Source of the DNA: Desulfobacterales bacterium
GTDB taxonomy: Bacteria > Desulfobacterota > Desulfobacteria > Desulfobacterales > UBA5852
NCBI GenBank assembly: GCA_963674755.2
Contig: CAXXVS010000001.1
Span: 736,001 to 800,000 of the forward strand
Direction of reading: 5' to 3'
Length of the DNA: 64,000 nucleotides
The notes beneath the pieces are model-generated. The model was not told where the DNA came from. It was given only the letters and a program-made list of their open reading frames with translations, and made no database searches. The translations under genes and the position numbers were made by a program. Below, in pieces: positions 28,035 to 39,511 of this stretch (positions within the stretch are counted from its first letter, which is position 1; each line of letters starts with the position of its first letter).

Positions 28035-30281
28035 ATGAAAGCCGGCACGACACGCGCGAAGAAGCGCACAGGGGCTGTTCCCGGGGGTCTGCAACGCCAG
28101 GCCTTAGGGATGGCTGCCGGGCATCTGATGGTGCTCCTGCTGTTTTTCTATGGGCTCAATCACGCAGCACCGGCTAACGATGCCCGGGCGGGCGGCGCCG
28201 TTGCCGCCCTGGTGCTCGCCCTGGTGCACGGCATCCTGTGGCGCCATCTGGCGGAAAATCGTCCCCACGGCGCTATCCAGGCGGCAGCGCACCTCGGGAC
28301 CGCCAACCAGATCACCCTTGGGCGGGGGCTCCTGATCAGTCTGACGGCCGGCTTTCTGTTCGCCTCCCCCGGGACCGGGCAGGCACCGGCCGCCGCTTGG
28401 CTGCCGGGAAGTCTGTACACGGCGGCTGCCCTGCTGGACGGCCTGGACGGGGCCTGGGCCCGCAAGACCCGGACCCGGACACGCCTGGGGGAGGTTCTGG
28501 ACGTCCGCTACGATGCCCTGGGGGTGCTGGTGGCCTCCGCTGTAGCAGTGGGCACCGGGCGCCTGCCGGTTTACTACCTGTCGGCCGGCGGTGCCTATTA
28601 TGTCTTCCAACTGGCCCTGCGGCTTCGGCAAGGCCGGGGAAAACCTGTTTATCCCCCCCGTCCGCGCACTTTCGCGCGCCTTGTGGCGGGGTTTCAGATG
28701 GGGTTTTTGAGCGGCGCCCTGCTGCCCCTCTTCCCCCCGCCGGTGCTGGCGCTGGCCGCCCCGGTCTTCCTGCTGCCCCTGCTGGCGGGTTTCGTCTGGG
28801 ATTGGCTGATCGCGACCGGACGAATCGGCGACGCCGCGGCCCACCGGGGGGAAGGTCTGCTGGCTGCCCTGGTGGCCAAAGGGCCGCTTGTGCTGCGCGG
28901 CTTCATTTTGATGGCCGGCGTCGTCGTGTTTTTTGCCGTCCCGGCCGAACCCTTGTCCGCCAGCATGGTTCTTTGGGCCGGGCTGGTCCTCATGGTGACC
29001 GCAGGATTCCTGGGGCGCACGGCGGCCCTGTCGCTGAGCCTGCTTCTGGCGCATCAGGCCTCCGGTGCAGCAGAGGTCTCCCCCTGGCTGACGGCTATGC
29101 TGCCCGCCAGCCTGCTTATCATGCTGACCGGAACCGGCGTGCTCTCCCTTTGGCGACCGGAGGATGCCCTGCTCCTGGGAAAACCCGAGGGCTCTGAGCG
29201 CCCTCGGCATACGCCCCATGGCAGGGCGGTGGAGGGCGGGCGTTTCCCCCGGCGGTCGGTCAGACCTGTCTCCGGACGAAGGACGGCCGGGCAGGCTGCG
29301 GCCCTGGCCGCCGTGGCCGGCCTTCTTTACTGGGCCTGGCGGGATGTCCCCCTGGGGGCGGTGGCGGCGGCCGTCGGCCGGTGGGGCTGGCCGCAATGGG
29401 GGCTGTTGGCGGTGCTCAACCTGTTCATCCTGGCCGCCATGTGCTGGCGCTGGTCATTTATCCTGCGGCAGATGGGGCATCCGGTGGGATTTGCCGCCCT
29501 GATAGGCTACCGTGTGGGGGCCAACACCCTAAGCTACATCACCCCCGGGCCCCAGTTCGGGGGCGAGCCCTTCCAGGCCCACTGTCTGGCGGCCCGCCAC
29601 CGGGTGCCGGCGGAAGCGGCCGCGGCCTCGGTGGTCGTGGACCGTCTGGTGGAGCTGCTGGGCAACCTCATTTTTCTGTCGCTGGCCGGTCTTCTCGTCC
29701 TGCCGGCGCTGTTGGCGGAGACCCATGCCCTGCTGCCGGTATTGGCCCTGTCCGCTGCGGCCTTGTTCATCGGGATTTTGCTCTACATCGTGGCGGCCGG
29801 GGGGCGGCCGTTCAGCCGGCTGGCCGGCCGGGCGGCATCCTGGATCGGCCGGCCGCAGGGTTTGGCGGGTTTCGTCACGTTTCTCCAGGCCGGCGAATCC
29901 CAGGCCGCCGGCATTTTGACCGATCGGCTGTGGGGATGGTATGCCTTGGGCGGGCTTTTCCAGTGGGCGGGTTTCCTGGCCGAACTCTGGCTGATCTATG
30001 CCTTCATGGGGATGTCCCTGGGTCCGGCGGGACTTTTGACCGTGGCCGTGGCGGCCCGGCTGGCGTTTTTGCTGCCGTTACCCGGCGGGCTGGGCGCCCT
30101 GGAAGCCGGTCAGATGCTGGCCGTCACCAGTCTGGGCGGCGATCCGACGGTGGCGGCGGCCGCCTGCGGCATCATGCGGGCCCGTGACCTGGTGCTCGTA
30201 TCCAGCGGCGGTGTCCTGGCTGTACGCTGGATGGGACCCGCCCGGGAGGGCCCTGGGCAGCCGCCGCTGAAACCGGCTTGA
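28035..30281 (+). CDS. CDP-alcohol phosphatidyltransferase fused to a lysylphosphatidylglycerol-synthase-TM (flippase-like) domain
   Basis: ANQITLGR, DGLDGAWAR...TRLGEVLD..YD motif; C-terminal half with RW, TPGPQFGGEP, DR..E, PGGLGALEA. Confidence 0.8.
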   Translation: MKAGTTRAKKRTGAVPGGLQRQALGMAAGHLMVLLLFFYGLNHAAPANDARAGGAVAALVLALVHGILWRHLAENRPHGAIQAAAHLGTANQITLGRGLLISLTAGFLFASPGTGQAPAAAWLPGSLYTAAALLDGLDGAWARKTRTRTRLGEVLDVRYDALGVLVASAVAVGTGRLPVYYLSAGGAYYVFQLALRLRQGRGKPVYPPRPRTFARLVAGFQMGFLSGALLPLFPPPVLALAAPVFLLPLLAGFVWDWLIATGRIGDAAAHRGEGLLAALVAKGPLVLRGFILMAGVVVFFAVPAEPLSASMVLWAGLVLMVTAGFLGRTAALSLSLLLAHQASGAAEVSPWLTAMLPASLLIMLTGTGVLSLWRPEDALLLGKPEGSERPRHTPHGRAVEGGRFPRRSVRPVSGRRTAGQAAALAAVAGLLYWAWRDVPLGAVAAAVGRWGWPQWGLLAVLNLFILAAMCWRWSFILRQMGHPVGFAALIGYRVGANTLSYITPGPQFGGEPFQAHCLAARHRVPAEAAAASVVVDRLVELLGNLIFLSLAGLLVLPALLAETHALLPVLALSAAALFIGILLYIVAAGGRPFSRLAGRAASWIGRPQGLAGFVTFLQAGESQAAGILTDRLWGWYALGGLFQWAGFLAELWLIYAFMGMSLGPAGLLTVAVAARLAFLLPLPGGLGALEAGQMLAVTSLGGDPTVAAAACGIMRARDLVLVSSGGVLAVRWMGPAREGPGQPPLKPA

Positions 30282-30319
30282 AGGCAGGCCTTTACCCGAA
30301 AACCGAAAGGGGCCATCTC

Positions 30320-31045
30320 GTGAGCGCTTCCTTAGAAGATCTGTCCCGGGAATTGAGCCTTGCGGCCGACGCCGGACGAACAGCGGGGCGGCCGTTCGTG
30401 ACGATCAGCTACGCCCAGAGCATCGACGGCAGCATCGCCAGCCGCCGCCGCCGGCCCCTGACCATCAGCGGCCCGGCGTCCCTGCGCATGACCCACGGCC
30501 TGCGGGCTCTGCACGACGGCATCCTGGTGGGCATCGAAACCGTCCTGGTGGACGATCCCCAGCTCACCGTACGATTGGTGACAGGCCCGCACCCGCAGCC
30601 GGTGGTGCTGGATACCCATTTGCGGACGCCCCCTGGCGCCCGGCTGGGGCGGCGTCCCGAAGGACGCTCCTGGCTGGTGGGGGCGGCGGACAATCCGGCC
30701 GAGCGGGTGGCGGCCATGACCGATGCGGGCTTCGACGTGCTGCCCTGCCGGCGGGAGAACGCTAACGGCCGTTTGGACTTGCAGCAGACCCTGGCCATCC
30801 TCTATCAACGGGGCATCCGACGGCTCATGGTGGAGGGCGGCGCCCGGGTGATCACCAGTTTTATCCGCGCCCAGCTGGTGGATCTCTTCATCATCACCAT
30901 CGCCCCCAAGCTCGTGGGCGGCCTGCAAGTGATGACGGCCCCGCCCAACGGAGGAGACGCAGCCATGGCGTTGACGGCGATCCGCTACGAACAGCTGGAA
31001 GAGGACCTGGTCCTCTGGGCCCGTCCCCAATGGCAGATCCCATGA
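30320..31045 (+). CDS. RibD C-terminal-like pyrimidine reductase (stand-alone)
   Basis: YAQSIDGSI, HGLRALHDGILVGIETVLVDDPQLTVR, LMVEGGA. Confidence 0.88.
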   Translation: MSASLEDLSRELSLAADAGRTAGRPFVTISYAQSIDGSIASRRRRPLTISGPASLRMTHGLRALHDGILVGIETVLVDDPQLTVRLVTGPHPQPVVLDTHLRTPPGARLGRRPEGRSWLVGAADNPAERVAAMTDAGFDVLPCRRENANGRLDLQQTLAILYQRGIRRLMVEGGARVITSFIRAQLVDLFIITIAPKLVGGLQVMTAPPNGGDAAMALTAIRYEQLEEDLVLWARPQWQIP

Positions 31046-32076
31046 AAAACAAGCGCTTGTATTTCCAGGCCCCTTTCATCTGCACGATCCGGGAGGAGGA
31101 CCCGCCCGAAGCGCAGGGTGACCGGCTGCTGGTCCAGGTCAGCTGCTCCGCCATCAGCGCCGGGACCGAGATGCTCATCTTCCAGGGGCGCTTTCCCGAA
31201 GGGATGGCCGTGGACGCCACCCTGCCAACCTACGACGGACAGCGCCTGGCCTATCCCCTGGCCTACGGCTACAGCAGTGTGGGCACGGTTACGGCGGCCG
31301 GTCCCCAGGCCGATCCGGCCTGGGTCGGCCGACGGGTCTTTGCCTTCCAGCCCCACCAGAGTCATTTCGCGGTCCCGGCCGACGAACTGATTCGTGTGCC
31401 GGCCGATGTTGCCGACGTGGATGCGGTGTTCCTGGCGACCATGGAGACGGCCGTCAATCTGGTGATGGACGGGAGGCCGGTGATCGGCGAACGGGTTCTG
31501 GTATTGGGGCAGGGGATCGTGGGGCTGCTCGCCACCGCTCTTCTGGCGCAGTTCCCCCTGAAGGCCCTGACCGTTCGGGAGCGCTGGCCCCTGCGCCGCC
31601 AGGCGGCCCTCGATCTGGGCGCCCAGGCAGCCTGGAGCGGCGACGAAGCGGATGGGGCCGCACCGGCGGCCGATGGCGCCGACCGCAGCGACGGCTTCGA
31701 CCTGGTATACGAACTCTCCGGGCAGCCCGCCATGCTCGACGCGGCCATTGCGGCGGCCGGTTTCCACGGGCGCATCGTGGTGGGATCCTGGTACGGCGCC
31801 AAAACCGCTCCCGTCGATCTGGGGGGGCGTTTCCACCGCAACCGCCTGCGGCTCATATCAAGCCAGGTCAGCACCCTGGCGCCGGAGTTTTCCGGCCGCT
31901 GGAGCAAGGCGCGCCGTTTGGATACGGCCTGGGAACAGATTGCCCGGGTGGGGCCCTCCCGGCTGATCAGCCACCGCTTCGGGATCGAGGATGCCCAGGC
32001 GGCTTACGAGCAGGTGGACGCGCGGCCGGGGGAGACCTTGCAGGTGCTCCTTACCTATGGGAAGCTTTCAGGGTGA
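31042..32076 (+). CDS. Zinc-binding (MDR) alcohol dehydrogenase-like protein
   Basis: SAISAGTE, GYSSVG, GQGIVG, GSWYG, FHRNRLRLISSQV. Confidence 0.88.
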   Translation: MKNKRLYFQAPFICTIREEDPPEAQGDRLLVQVSCSAISAGTEMLIFQGRFPEGMAVDATLPTYDGQRLAYPLAYGYSSVGTVTAAGPQADPAWVGRRVFAFQPHQSHFAVPADELIRVPADVADVDAVFLATMETAVNLVMDGRPVIGERVLVLGQGIVGLLATALLAQFPLKALTVRERWPLRRQAALDLGAQAAWSGDEADGAAPAADGADRSDGFDLVYELSGQPAMLDAAIAAAGFHGRIVVGSWYGAKTAPVDLGGRFHRNRLRLISSQVSTLAPEFSGRWSKARRLDTAWEQIARVGPSRLISHRFGIEDAQAAYEQVDARPGETLQVLLTYGKLSG

Positions 32077-32143
32077 TGATCCCGTGTGGTTTGCTTGCGG
32101 TTTGGTCAATGAAATTATCATTCAATATCCTAAAGTGTTAAAG

Positions 32144-32350
32144 CCGTTCCTTTTCTTGGATGCGCAAGAAAAGGAACCAAAAGAACGCACCCTGTCACGA
32201 GCCCTTCGGGTTCGCCTGCGCGTCGAGGCCGGACCCGGACGCGCCGGAACTCGCCCGCCTTCGCTTTGGCGACGGCGGACTCAGACAGCCGCCGCGTCTT
32301 TATCGGCTCCAGCCTTGATGCTCGGCCTCGTGACAATGGGAATCGGAAAC
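32144..32350. repeat. Structured intergenic repeat, family A-like (diverged)
   Basis: TTCCTTTTCTTG..CAAGAAAAGGAA hairpin, CTGCGCGTCG, ACTCG...CTCAGACAG, TTTATC..., GATGCTCGGC, GACAA.GGGAA, all shared with the 55.6 kb element. Confidence 0.7.
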
Positions 32351-32418
32351 CAACACCAATTAGGAAATGCTTCTTCGGCCTATAGTCATTTCAATCCTAC
32401 AACATCTAAAGACATTCT

Positions 32419-33087
32419 ATGGATAGCCTTCCGATAGCTTCGACGGCCCTGCGTTGGCTAGCAGGGGCGACGATTATCTTCCAGCTTGGCCTTATGGCGG
32501 CCATGCCCCTTCCCAGTCCGGTGGCCATCCGGCGGATGTGGACCCGCCACGGAAGAGATGAATCATCTTCCGGGAACATGGGACCAAGCGATCCTGTTGC
32601 GGCACGCCTGCTGCCAGTGGTGGCCCTGGTCGGGCTGCTGGCGGTTATTGCGGCCGTCATTTGGTCCGGGAGCATTGCGACGTTGCTTCTGCCCGCGGGC
32701 ACCCGATTCCCTGGCTGGTTGGCCCCGGCCGGCGGCTTGTGTATTCTGGCGGGCAATGCCTTGATCGGCTCGGCCATATCGGCTTTAAGGCGCCATACCC
32801 GCTTCGACGCTGTCGGGCAGAGCCGTCAACTTGTAACCGGGGGTGTCTTCGCTCTCATCCAGCATCCCATCGCGGGCGGTACGGGAATGATCTATCTGGG
32901 ATTCTTTCTGATCCTGCCAAGCCCCCTGGTGCTGGCGGGACTGGGGTGCTACGGATGGCACCAGAAGCGCCGGCTGGCCTCTGAAGAAGTTCTCCTGTCC
33001 GAAAAATTCGGGCCGTCCTACCAGAATTACCGGTGCCGGGTGGGGCGGTTTTGGCCGCGCTGGCCCGGCGGCGCCGGAAACGTTTAA
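32419..33087 (+). CDS. Isoprenylcysteine carboxyl methyltransferase/PEMT family membrane protein
   Basis: LVTGGVFALIQHP, EE..L...FG..Y..Y...V.RFWP. Confidence 0.8.
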   Translation: MDSLPIASTALRWLAGATIIFQLGLMAAMPLPSPVAIRRMWTRHGRDESSSGNMGPSDPVAARLLPVVALVGLLAVIAAVIWSGSIATLLLPAGTRFPGWLAPAGGLCILAGNALIGSAISALRRHTRFDAVGQSRQLVTGGVFALIQHPIAGGTGMIYLGFFLILPSPLVLAGLGCYGWHQKRRLASEEVLLSEKFGPSYQNYRCRVGRFWPRWPGGAGNV

Positions 33088-33112
33088 ACCATTGTCATAA
33101 GGGGGTACGCTT

Positions 33113-33493
33113 ATGTACACACTCGGGCTGAGCCGCGATTTTAAAGCACGTCATTTCCTGGTGGGCGGCGACTGGGGCCCGGAAAACGATCCCCACGAGC
33201 ACGCCTATCGCGTGGAAATCCGTCTGGCGTCGGAGGCGCTCGACCAGCACGGCTATATTGTGGACCTGGACGATCTCAACCCCCTCCTGGACCGGGTGGT
33301 CGACCGCTACCAGGATCGGCTGCTGAATGACCTGCCCGAATTCGCAGGCCTCAATCCCAGCATCGAACACCTGAGCCGGTTTTTCTTCCAGCGGCTGGCA
33401 GATGGCCTGGAAGGACAAGACGTCAAATTGATCGAGGTGCGCATCTGGGAGACGGACAAGGCTTGGGCTTCCTACCGGGAACGCTTCCGGTGA
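33113..33493 (+). CDS. 6-pyruvoyl/6-carboxy-tetrahydropterin synthase family protein (COG0720, lacking the QueD Cys)
   Basis: F.ARH, PENDPHEHAY, VDLD, LNDLPEF, PSIE, WET. Confidence 0.85.
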   Translation: MYTLGLSRDFKARHFLVGGDWGPENDPHEHAYRVEIRLASEALDQHGYIVDLDDLNPLLDRVVDRYQDRLLNDLPEFAGLNPSIEHLSRFFFQRLADGLEGQDVKLIEVRIWETDKAWASYRERFR

Positions 33494-34569
33494 ACATCGG
33501 GCTTGTGATCTACGGCCCCCTGGATACCCTCACCGGCGGTTATCTTTACGATCGGGAGATGGTGACGGCCCTGGAGAAAAGGGGGCACCGGGTGGCGGTG
33601 GCGAGCCTGCCCATGGTGCCTTATCCGCTGCGGCTGGCCTTCAACGGGCGGCAGCGCAGGCTGACCGCCCGGATGCCGGGCGGGCTGGACGTTCTCATCC
33701 AGGACGAACTCTGTCACCCCTCCCTGATCCGCCTGAACGCCCGGCGGCACGGCCGCCCCTGCCCGGTCGTCGCCCTGGTGCACCAGGTGTTGTGTGACGA
33801 ACCCCGCGCGCCCTGGCGGAATCGCCTGCTGCGCCAGGTGGAGAAGCGTTACCTGGACGGGGTGGACGCTTTCATCTTCAATTCCCGCACCACCCGGGAC
33901 ACGGTCTGGCGCCTGACCCCCGGGGATCGTCCGCATGTGGTGGCCCCTCCCGGGGGCGATCGTCCGGGACCCCGCCCGACGCCCAAGACCATTGCGCTCC
34001 GGGACCAGAACAGCGGGCCGCTACGCCTGTTGTTTCTGGGCAACCTCATCCCCCGCAAGGGGCTGCTGCCCCTGATCGAGGCCTTGGCAGGCCTGCCGCG
34101 GGACATCTGGACTTTGCGCGTGGCGGGCCGTCTGGACATGGACCGCACTCATGTCCGCCGGGTGCGGCGCCTCCTCCGGCATTGGGGTTTGATGGACCGG
34201 GTGCGTTTGCTCGGCCCGCGGGAAGGGTCCCTGCTGGCAGACGAACTGGCCCGGGCCCAGGTACTCTGCATGCCCTATGCCTACGAGGGCTTCGGCATGG
34301 CCACCCTGGAGGCCCAGGGCTTCGGTCTGCCGGTGATCGGAAGCCGGGCGGGCGCCACCCGGGAGCTGGTGGAGAGCGGTGTGAACGGCTATCTGGTGCA
34401 GCCCGGGGATCATGCCGCCGTACGGAGGACCGTTGTCGATCTTCATCAGGACCGGCCCGCTCTGGCCAGGATGAGCCTGGCCGCCCGCCGGCGGTTCGAC
34501 GCGCATCCCACCTGGGAGGGCTCCATGGGGCTCCTGGCCTCCTTTTTGGAACATCTTGTCGCCCCGTGA
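33490..34569 (+). CDS. Glycosyltransferase family 4
   Basis: TGGYLYD, GNLIPRKG, YEGFGMATLEA, GLPVI; GTGA overlap. Confidence 0.9.
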   Translation: MNIGLVIYGPLDTLTGGYLYDREMVTALEKRGHRVAVASLPMVPYPLRLAFNGRQRRLTARMPGGLDVLIQDELCHPSLIRLNARRHGRPCPVVALVHQVLCDEPRAPWRNRLLRQVEKRYLDGVDAFIFNSRTTRDTVWRLTPGDRPHVVAPPGGDRPGPRPTPKTIALRDQNSGPLRLLFLGNLIPRKGLLPLIEALAGLPRDIWTLRVAGRLDMDRTHVRRVRRLLRHWGLMDRVRLLGPREGSLLADELARAQVLCMPYAYEGFGMATLEAQGFGLPVIGSRAGATRELVESGVNGYLVQPGDHAAVRRTVVDLHQDRPALARMSLAARRRFDAHPTWEGSMGLLASFLEHLVAP

Positions 34570-35047
34570 TCCGTTGCCGCCAATACCGATACGACGATCC
34601 GCCCTCCTTTTTCCGGACCCGGGCTTTCTTGACATCCATGGGGGCATCATTAAGGTTCGGTGAATAAGACCCTTAACGCCGTTTTACCGCTGCCAAACAC
34701 GAGGGCGTGTATTACGGGGAGGAAAAAATTCCTTAGGCTGACGCCGTTATTCCTTACGCGACCGCAAATCCCATCTCACCGCACGGTGCTCCGCCCATCT
34801 CTCCAAGTCTTATGCTTTTTTGCCGGCCTAGGCCCAAGTCAGGCGAACGCGGTCGTTGGTATCCTCGATCGTCTTAGCGTTTCGTTCCCAGTATGGCCAA
34901 CGCCTGTTCCGCTCGTTTCGAAGGGGGCAGGTGAGCGAAGCGTCCGCCGACCGCAAGCCCGGCGCACAATCGACCCAATCGTTCATTGGAACCGCCGTCG
35001 ACGCCGCGTCTGCCGTCGACATAGGATTTCACCCAAAGGAGGCTGCC

Positions 35048-36658
<1,611 letters not shown>

Positions 36659-36885
36659 GCCTTCCCCACGGAACGCCGCGATGGGCGCCGATCACATCCC
36701 TGGCCGCGGGCCGGCCTTTGCAGGACGGCCCGCATCCGGGATGCATCGATGAAGGGGCGGGCAGAAGGGCTGGCCGGTCGCCCATCGGCGCCGTCCGGAA
36801 CATCGTCGCCATGAGCGCCGACCCGCTGTGCTCCTTCCCGCAATGCGCCTTTCCACCCTTTTCCGACCGGCATCGAGGTAACGCT

Positions 36886-37587
36886 ATGAAAACGTTGCTA
36901 GCATTGACCATCTTCGGTTTGCTTTCGGTTTCGGTCCCGGCCGATGTCGCCGAGCCGGTTTACGTGGTGCGGTTCGACGACTACCGGGTGGGATCCGTGG
37001 AGGATTGGCTGCGCGGCAAAGGATTCCAGTTCGAGCAGGATGCCAAGCGGCGCGAGCGCATCGGCCTGGAGGCCGAAAAGGGCCGCCTGACTGTCGAAGC
37101 CAGGCGGCCCGCTTTCGGGATCATGCCCGACGAGGCCGCCAACGTTCCGGAGTTCACGTATGTGGAGATCGATTGGGGGGTCGACAAATTTCCCGCCGGG
37201 GCTTCCTACGAGCAGGGAGTGCGCAACGAGGCGCTTATCGTCATGGTCTTTTTGGGCGATGAACGCCAGCCCAGCGGCGCTTTTTTCATCCCCGACAGCC
37301 CTTATTTCATTGCCCTTTTCCTCTGCCACGGCGATGACCGCGTCGATCACCCCTACGTCGGGTCCTACTTCAAGAAGAGCGGCCGCTACGTTTGCGCCGC
37401 GCAGCCCAAGCCGGGCGAAGTGGTGACCACCCGCTTCAATCTGTTGCAGGCCTATCGGTCCTACTTCGACAAGGAGGGCGACGACGATCCGGCCGTCTCC
37501 GGAATTGCCCTGGCCCTGGACACCAAGAAGGCGGGCGACGGGGGCCGGGCATCCGCTTTTATCCGGGAGATTCGTTTTTTCAATTGA
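36886..37587 (+). CDS. Exported hypothetical protein
   Basis: GAGG RBS, MKTLLALTIFG signal peptide; the ORF-track N-terminal extension is a shadow of the sulfatase. Confidence 0.75.
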   Translation: MKTLLALTIFGLLSVSVPADVAEPVYVVRFDDYRVGSVEDWLRGKGFQFEQDAKRRERIGLEAEKGRLTVEARRPAFGIMPDEAANVPEFTYVEIDWGVDKFPAGASYEQGVRNEALIVMVFLGDERQPSGAFFIPDSPYFIALFLCHGDDRVDHPYVGSYFKKSGRYVCAAQPKPGEVVTTRFNLLQAYRSYFDKEGDDDPAVSGIALALDTKKAGDGGRASAFIREIRFFN

Positions 37588-37743
37588 GGCCTGCGGCTCC
37601 CCCCCCCCGCCTTGCCATCACCCGCCGCCGGAATCATGCATTGTCAAAATCAATCGCTACCCTCTGTTGGCATCGAATTTAAAAATTTGATCCAGCCCTC
37701 CAGGTTCTGTATTTAAGTCCATATATTGGTCATTTGCTCATTA

Positions 37744-37886
37744 GTGTCCATCCATAAATGGCATCTTTCGGCCCCTGGCGGCGTTCTCGCCTCCTGTCGG
37801 TCCTCGGCGTAGCCGGGCTACGCCTGCGGGCGTCCGTCGGCTGCGGCCTTGCCAGCAACCAAAATCTACCATTTATGGATGGACAC
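37744..37886. mobile_element. MITE, family B (intact copy)
   Basis: Perfect 18-bp terminal inverted repeat GTGTCCATCCATAAATGG; flanked by direct repeat TCATTA (37738-37743 and 37887-37892). Confidence 0.85.
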
Positions 37887-37947
37887 TCATTAAGAAAAAC
37901 TCCCCGGGCGGAGAGAATTGCCGTGGGAGACCTTGGGAGCGCCTTGC

Positions 37948-38151
37948 ATGAAGCTCATCTTTGTCTGCCCCGAGCACAACAAGGTGTTTGAAAGTGCGCA
38001 ATACCGGGTGCTGGAAAACAAGGGCGTGGTGTGTGATGCGGCCGGCAACCGCTCATTGGATGCCAAAGTTGCGCCGGAGACCCCCTGCCCCTTCTGCGGG
38101 AAAATGCATGTCTATCATGCCAGCGAGCTATCGTGTCCGTTCGGTGGCTAA
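37948..38151 (+). CDS. Small Cys/His-rich putative zinc-binding protein
   Basis: CPEH...CPFCGKMH...CPF; GGGAG RBS; first gene of the selenium operon. Confidence 0.75.
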   Translation: MKLIFVCPEHNKVFESAQYRVLENKGVVCDAAGNRSLDAKVAPETPCPFCGKMHVYHASELSCPFGG

Positions 38152-38187
38152 GTCAGCAGCGAATTTTCAGAGAGGAGGAGGGAGTTG

Positions 38188-39279
38188 ATGCAAGGGAAAA
38201 ACATTTTTGCGACACGCGGGGGTATCATCGGCGTGGGCGCCCTGATCGGTGTTCTGGCGCCTGTGCTGCAGAAACTCGGCAATCCCGGTAATATGGGGAT
38301 CTGCGTGGCCTGCTTCGAGCGGGACATTGCCGGTGCCGTGGGGCTCCACCGGGCGGCGGTGGTGCAGTACGTGCGCCCCGAGATCATCGGTTTCGTGCTC
38401 GGTGCGATGGCGGCCGCCTACCTTTTCAAAGAATTCCGGCCCCGGGTGGGCTCGGCCCCCATCGTGCGGTTTGTTCTGGGGGCCTTTGCCATGATCGGTG
38501 CCCTGGTTTTTCTGGGCTGCCCCTGGCGGGCCGTGCTGCGGCTGGCCGGTGGTGACGGCAATGCCATTGCAGGGATCTTGGGCCTGACCTTCGGCATCTG
38601 GATCGGTACCCTGTTTCTCAAAAAGGGCTACAACCTGGGGCGCACCCAGGCGACGCACGCCACGGTGGGGTGGATGCTGCCGCTGTTGATGGTGGGGCTG
38701 CTCGCCCTGATGGTTATGTTCCCCCAAGTCGAGGGGCAGGACAAAAGCGGGATTTTGTTCTATAGCCTCAAGGGGCCCGGCGCCATGCATGCCCCGCTGG
38801 TCGTCTCGCTGGTCGTGGGGCTGGGCATCGGTTTTCTGGCCCAGCGCAGCCGGTTCTGCACCATGGGCGCCATCCGGGACACGGTCCTCTTCGGTCAGAC
38901 CCATCTGCTGAGCGGTTTCATCAGTCTGGCCGTGGTGGCCTTTGTGACCAATCTTGTGCTCGGTCAATTCAACCCCGGATTTGCCGGGGAACCCGTGGCC
39001 CATACCATGCAGGTCTGGAATTTCGCAGGCATGGCCCTGGCCGGGTTGGCCTTCGCCCTGGCCGGCGGCTGTCCCGGGCGCCAGCTCTTTCTCTCCGGTG
39101 AGGGGGACGGTGATGCGGCCGTGTTTGTCCTGGGGATGATCGTCGGGGCGGGCTTTGCCCACAACTTCGGTCTGGCCAGTTCGCCCAAAGGGGTCGGTCC
39201 CCACGGCATTGCCGCGGTGGCCGTGGGGTTTGCGGTCTGTCTGTTCATCGGGTTCACCATGCGCCGCAAAGCGGTTTGA
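38188..39279 (+). CDS. yedE: YedE family putative selenium transporter
   Basis: GNPGNMGICVACFERDIAG, LGCPWR, RSRFCTMG, GGCPGRQL. Confidence 0.9.
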   Translation: MQGKNIFATRGGIIGVGALIGVLAPVLQKLGNPGNMGICVACFERDIAGAVGLHRAAVVQYVRPEIIGFVLGAMAAAYLFKEFRPRVGSAPIVRFVLGAFAMIGALVFLGCPWRAVLRLAGGDGNAIAGILGLTFGIWIGTLFLKKGYNLGRTQATHATVGWMLPLLMVGLLALMVMFPQVEGQDKSGILFYSLKGPGAMHAPLVVSLVVGLGIGFLAQRSRFCTMGAIRDTVLFGQTHLLSGFISLAVVAFVTNLVLGQFNPGFAGEPVAHTMQVWNFAGMALAGLAFALAGGCPGRQLFLSGEGDGDAAVFVLGMIVGAGFAHNFGLASSPKGVGPHGIAAVAVGFAVCLFIGFTMRRKAV

Positions 39280-39289
39280 GGAGGTCGCC

Positions 39290-39508
39290 ATGACAGCAAC
39301 AGTGGATGCACGGGGATTGTCCTGCCCCCAGCCGGTCATCATGACCCTGGATGAAATCAAGCAGGGGCAGGAAAATGAGATCATCGTTCTGGTGGATACG
39401 GATACGTCCAAGGAGAACGTCATACGGGCGGCCGAAAGCCAGGCCTGCCGGGTCACGGATGTGGCGCCGGAGGGCGAGGGCTATCGGATCACCCTCGCCA
39501 GGGGGTAG
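39290..39508 (+). CDS. TusA/SirA family sulfur/selenium carrier
   Basis: VDARGLSCPQPV; GGAGG RBS. Confidence 0.9.
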   Translation: MTATVDARGLSCPQPVIMTLDEIKQGQENEIIVLVDTDTSKENVIRAAESQACRVTDVAPEGEGYRITLARG

Positions 39509-39511
39509 CTG

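Noticed and set aside
33113..33493. queD (queuosine biosynthesis)
   Set aside because: Lacks the CxxxHGH motif and no que genes are nearby
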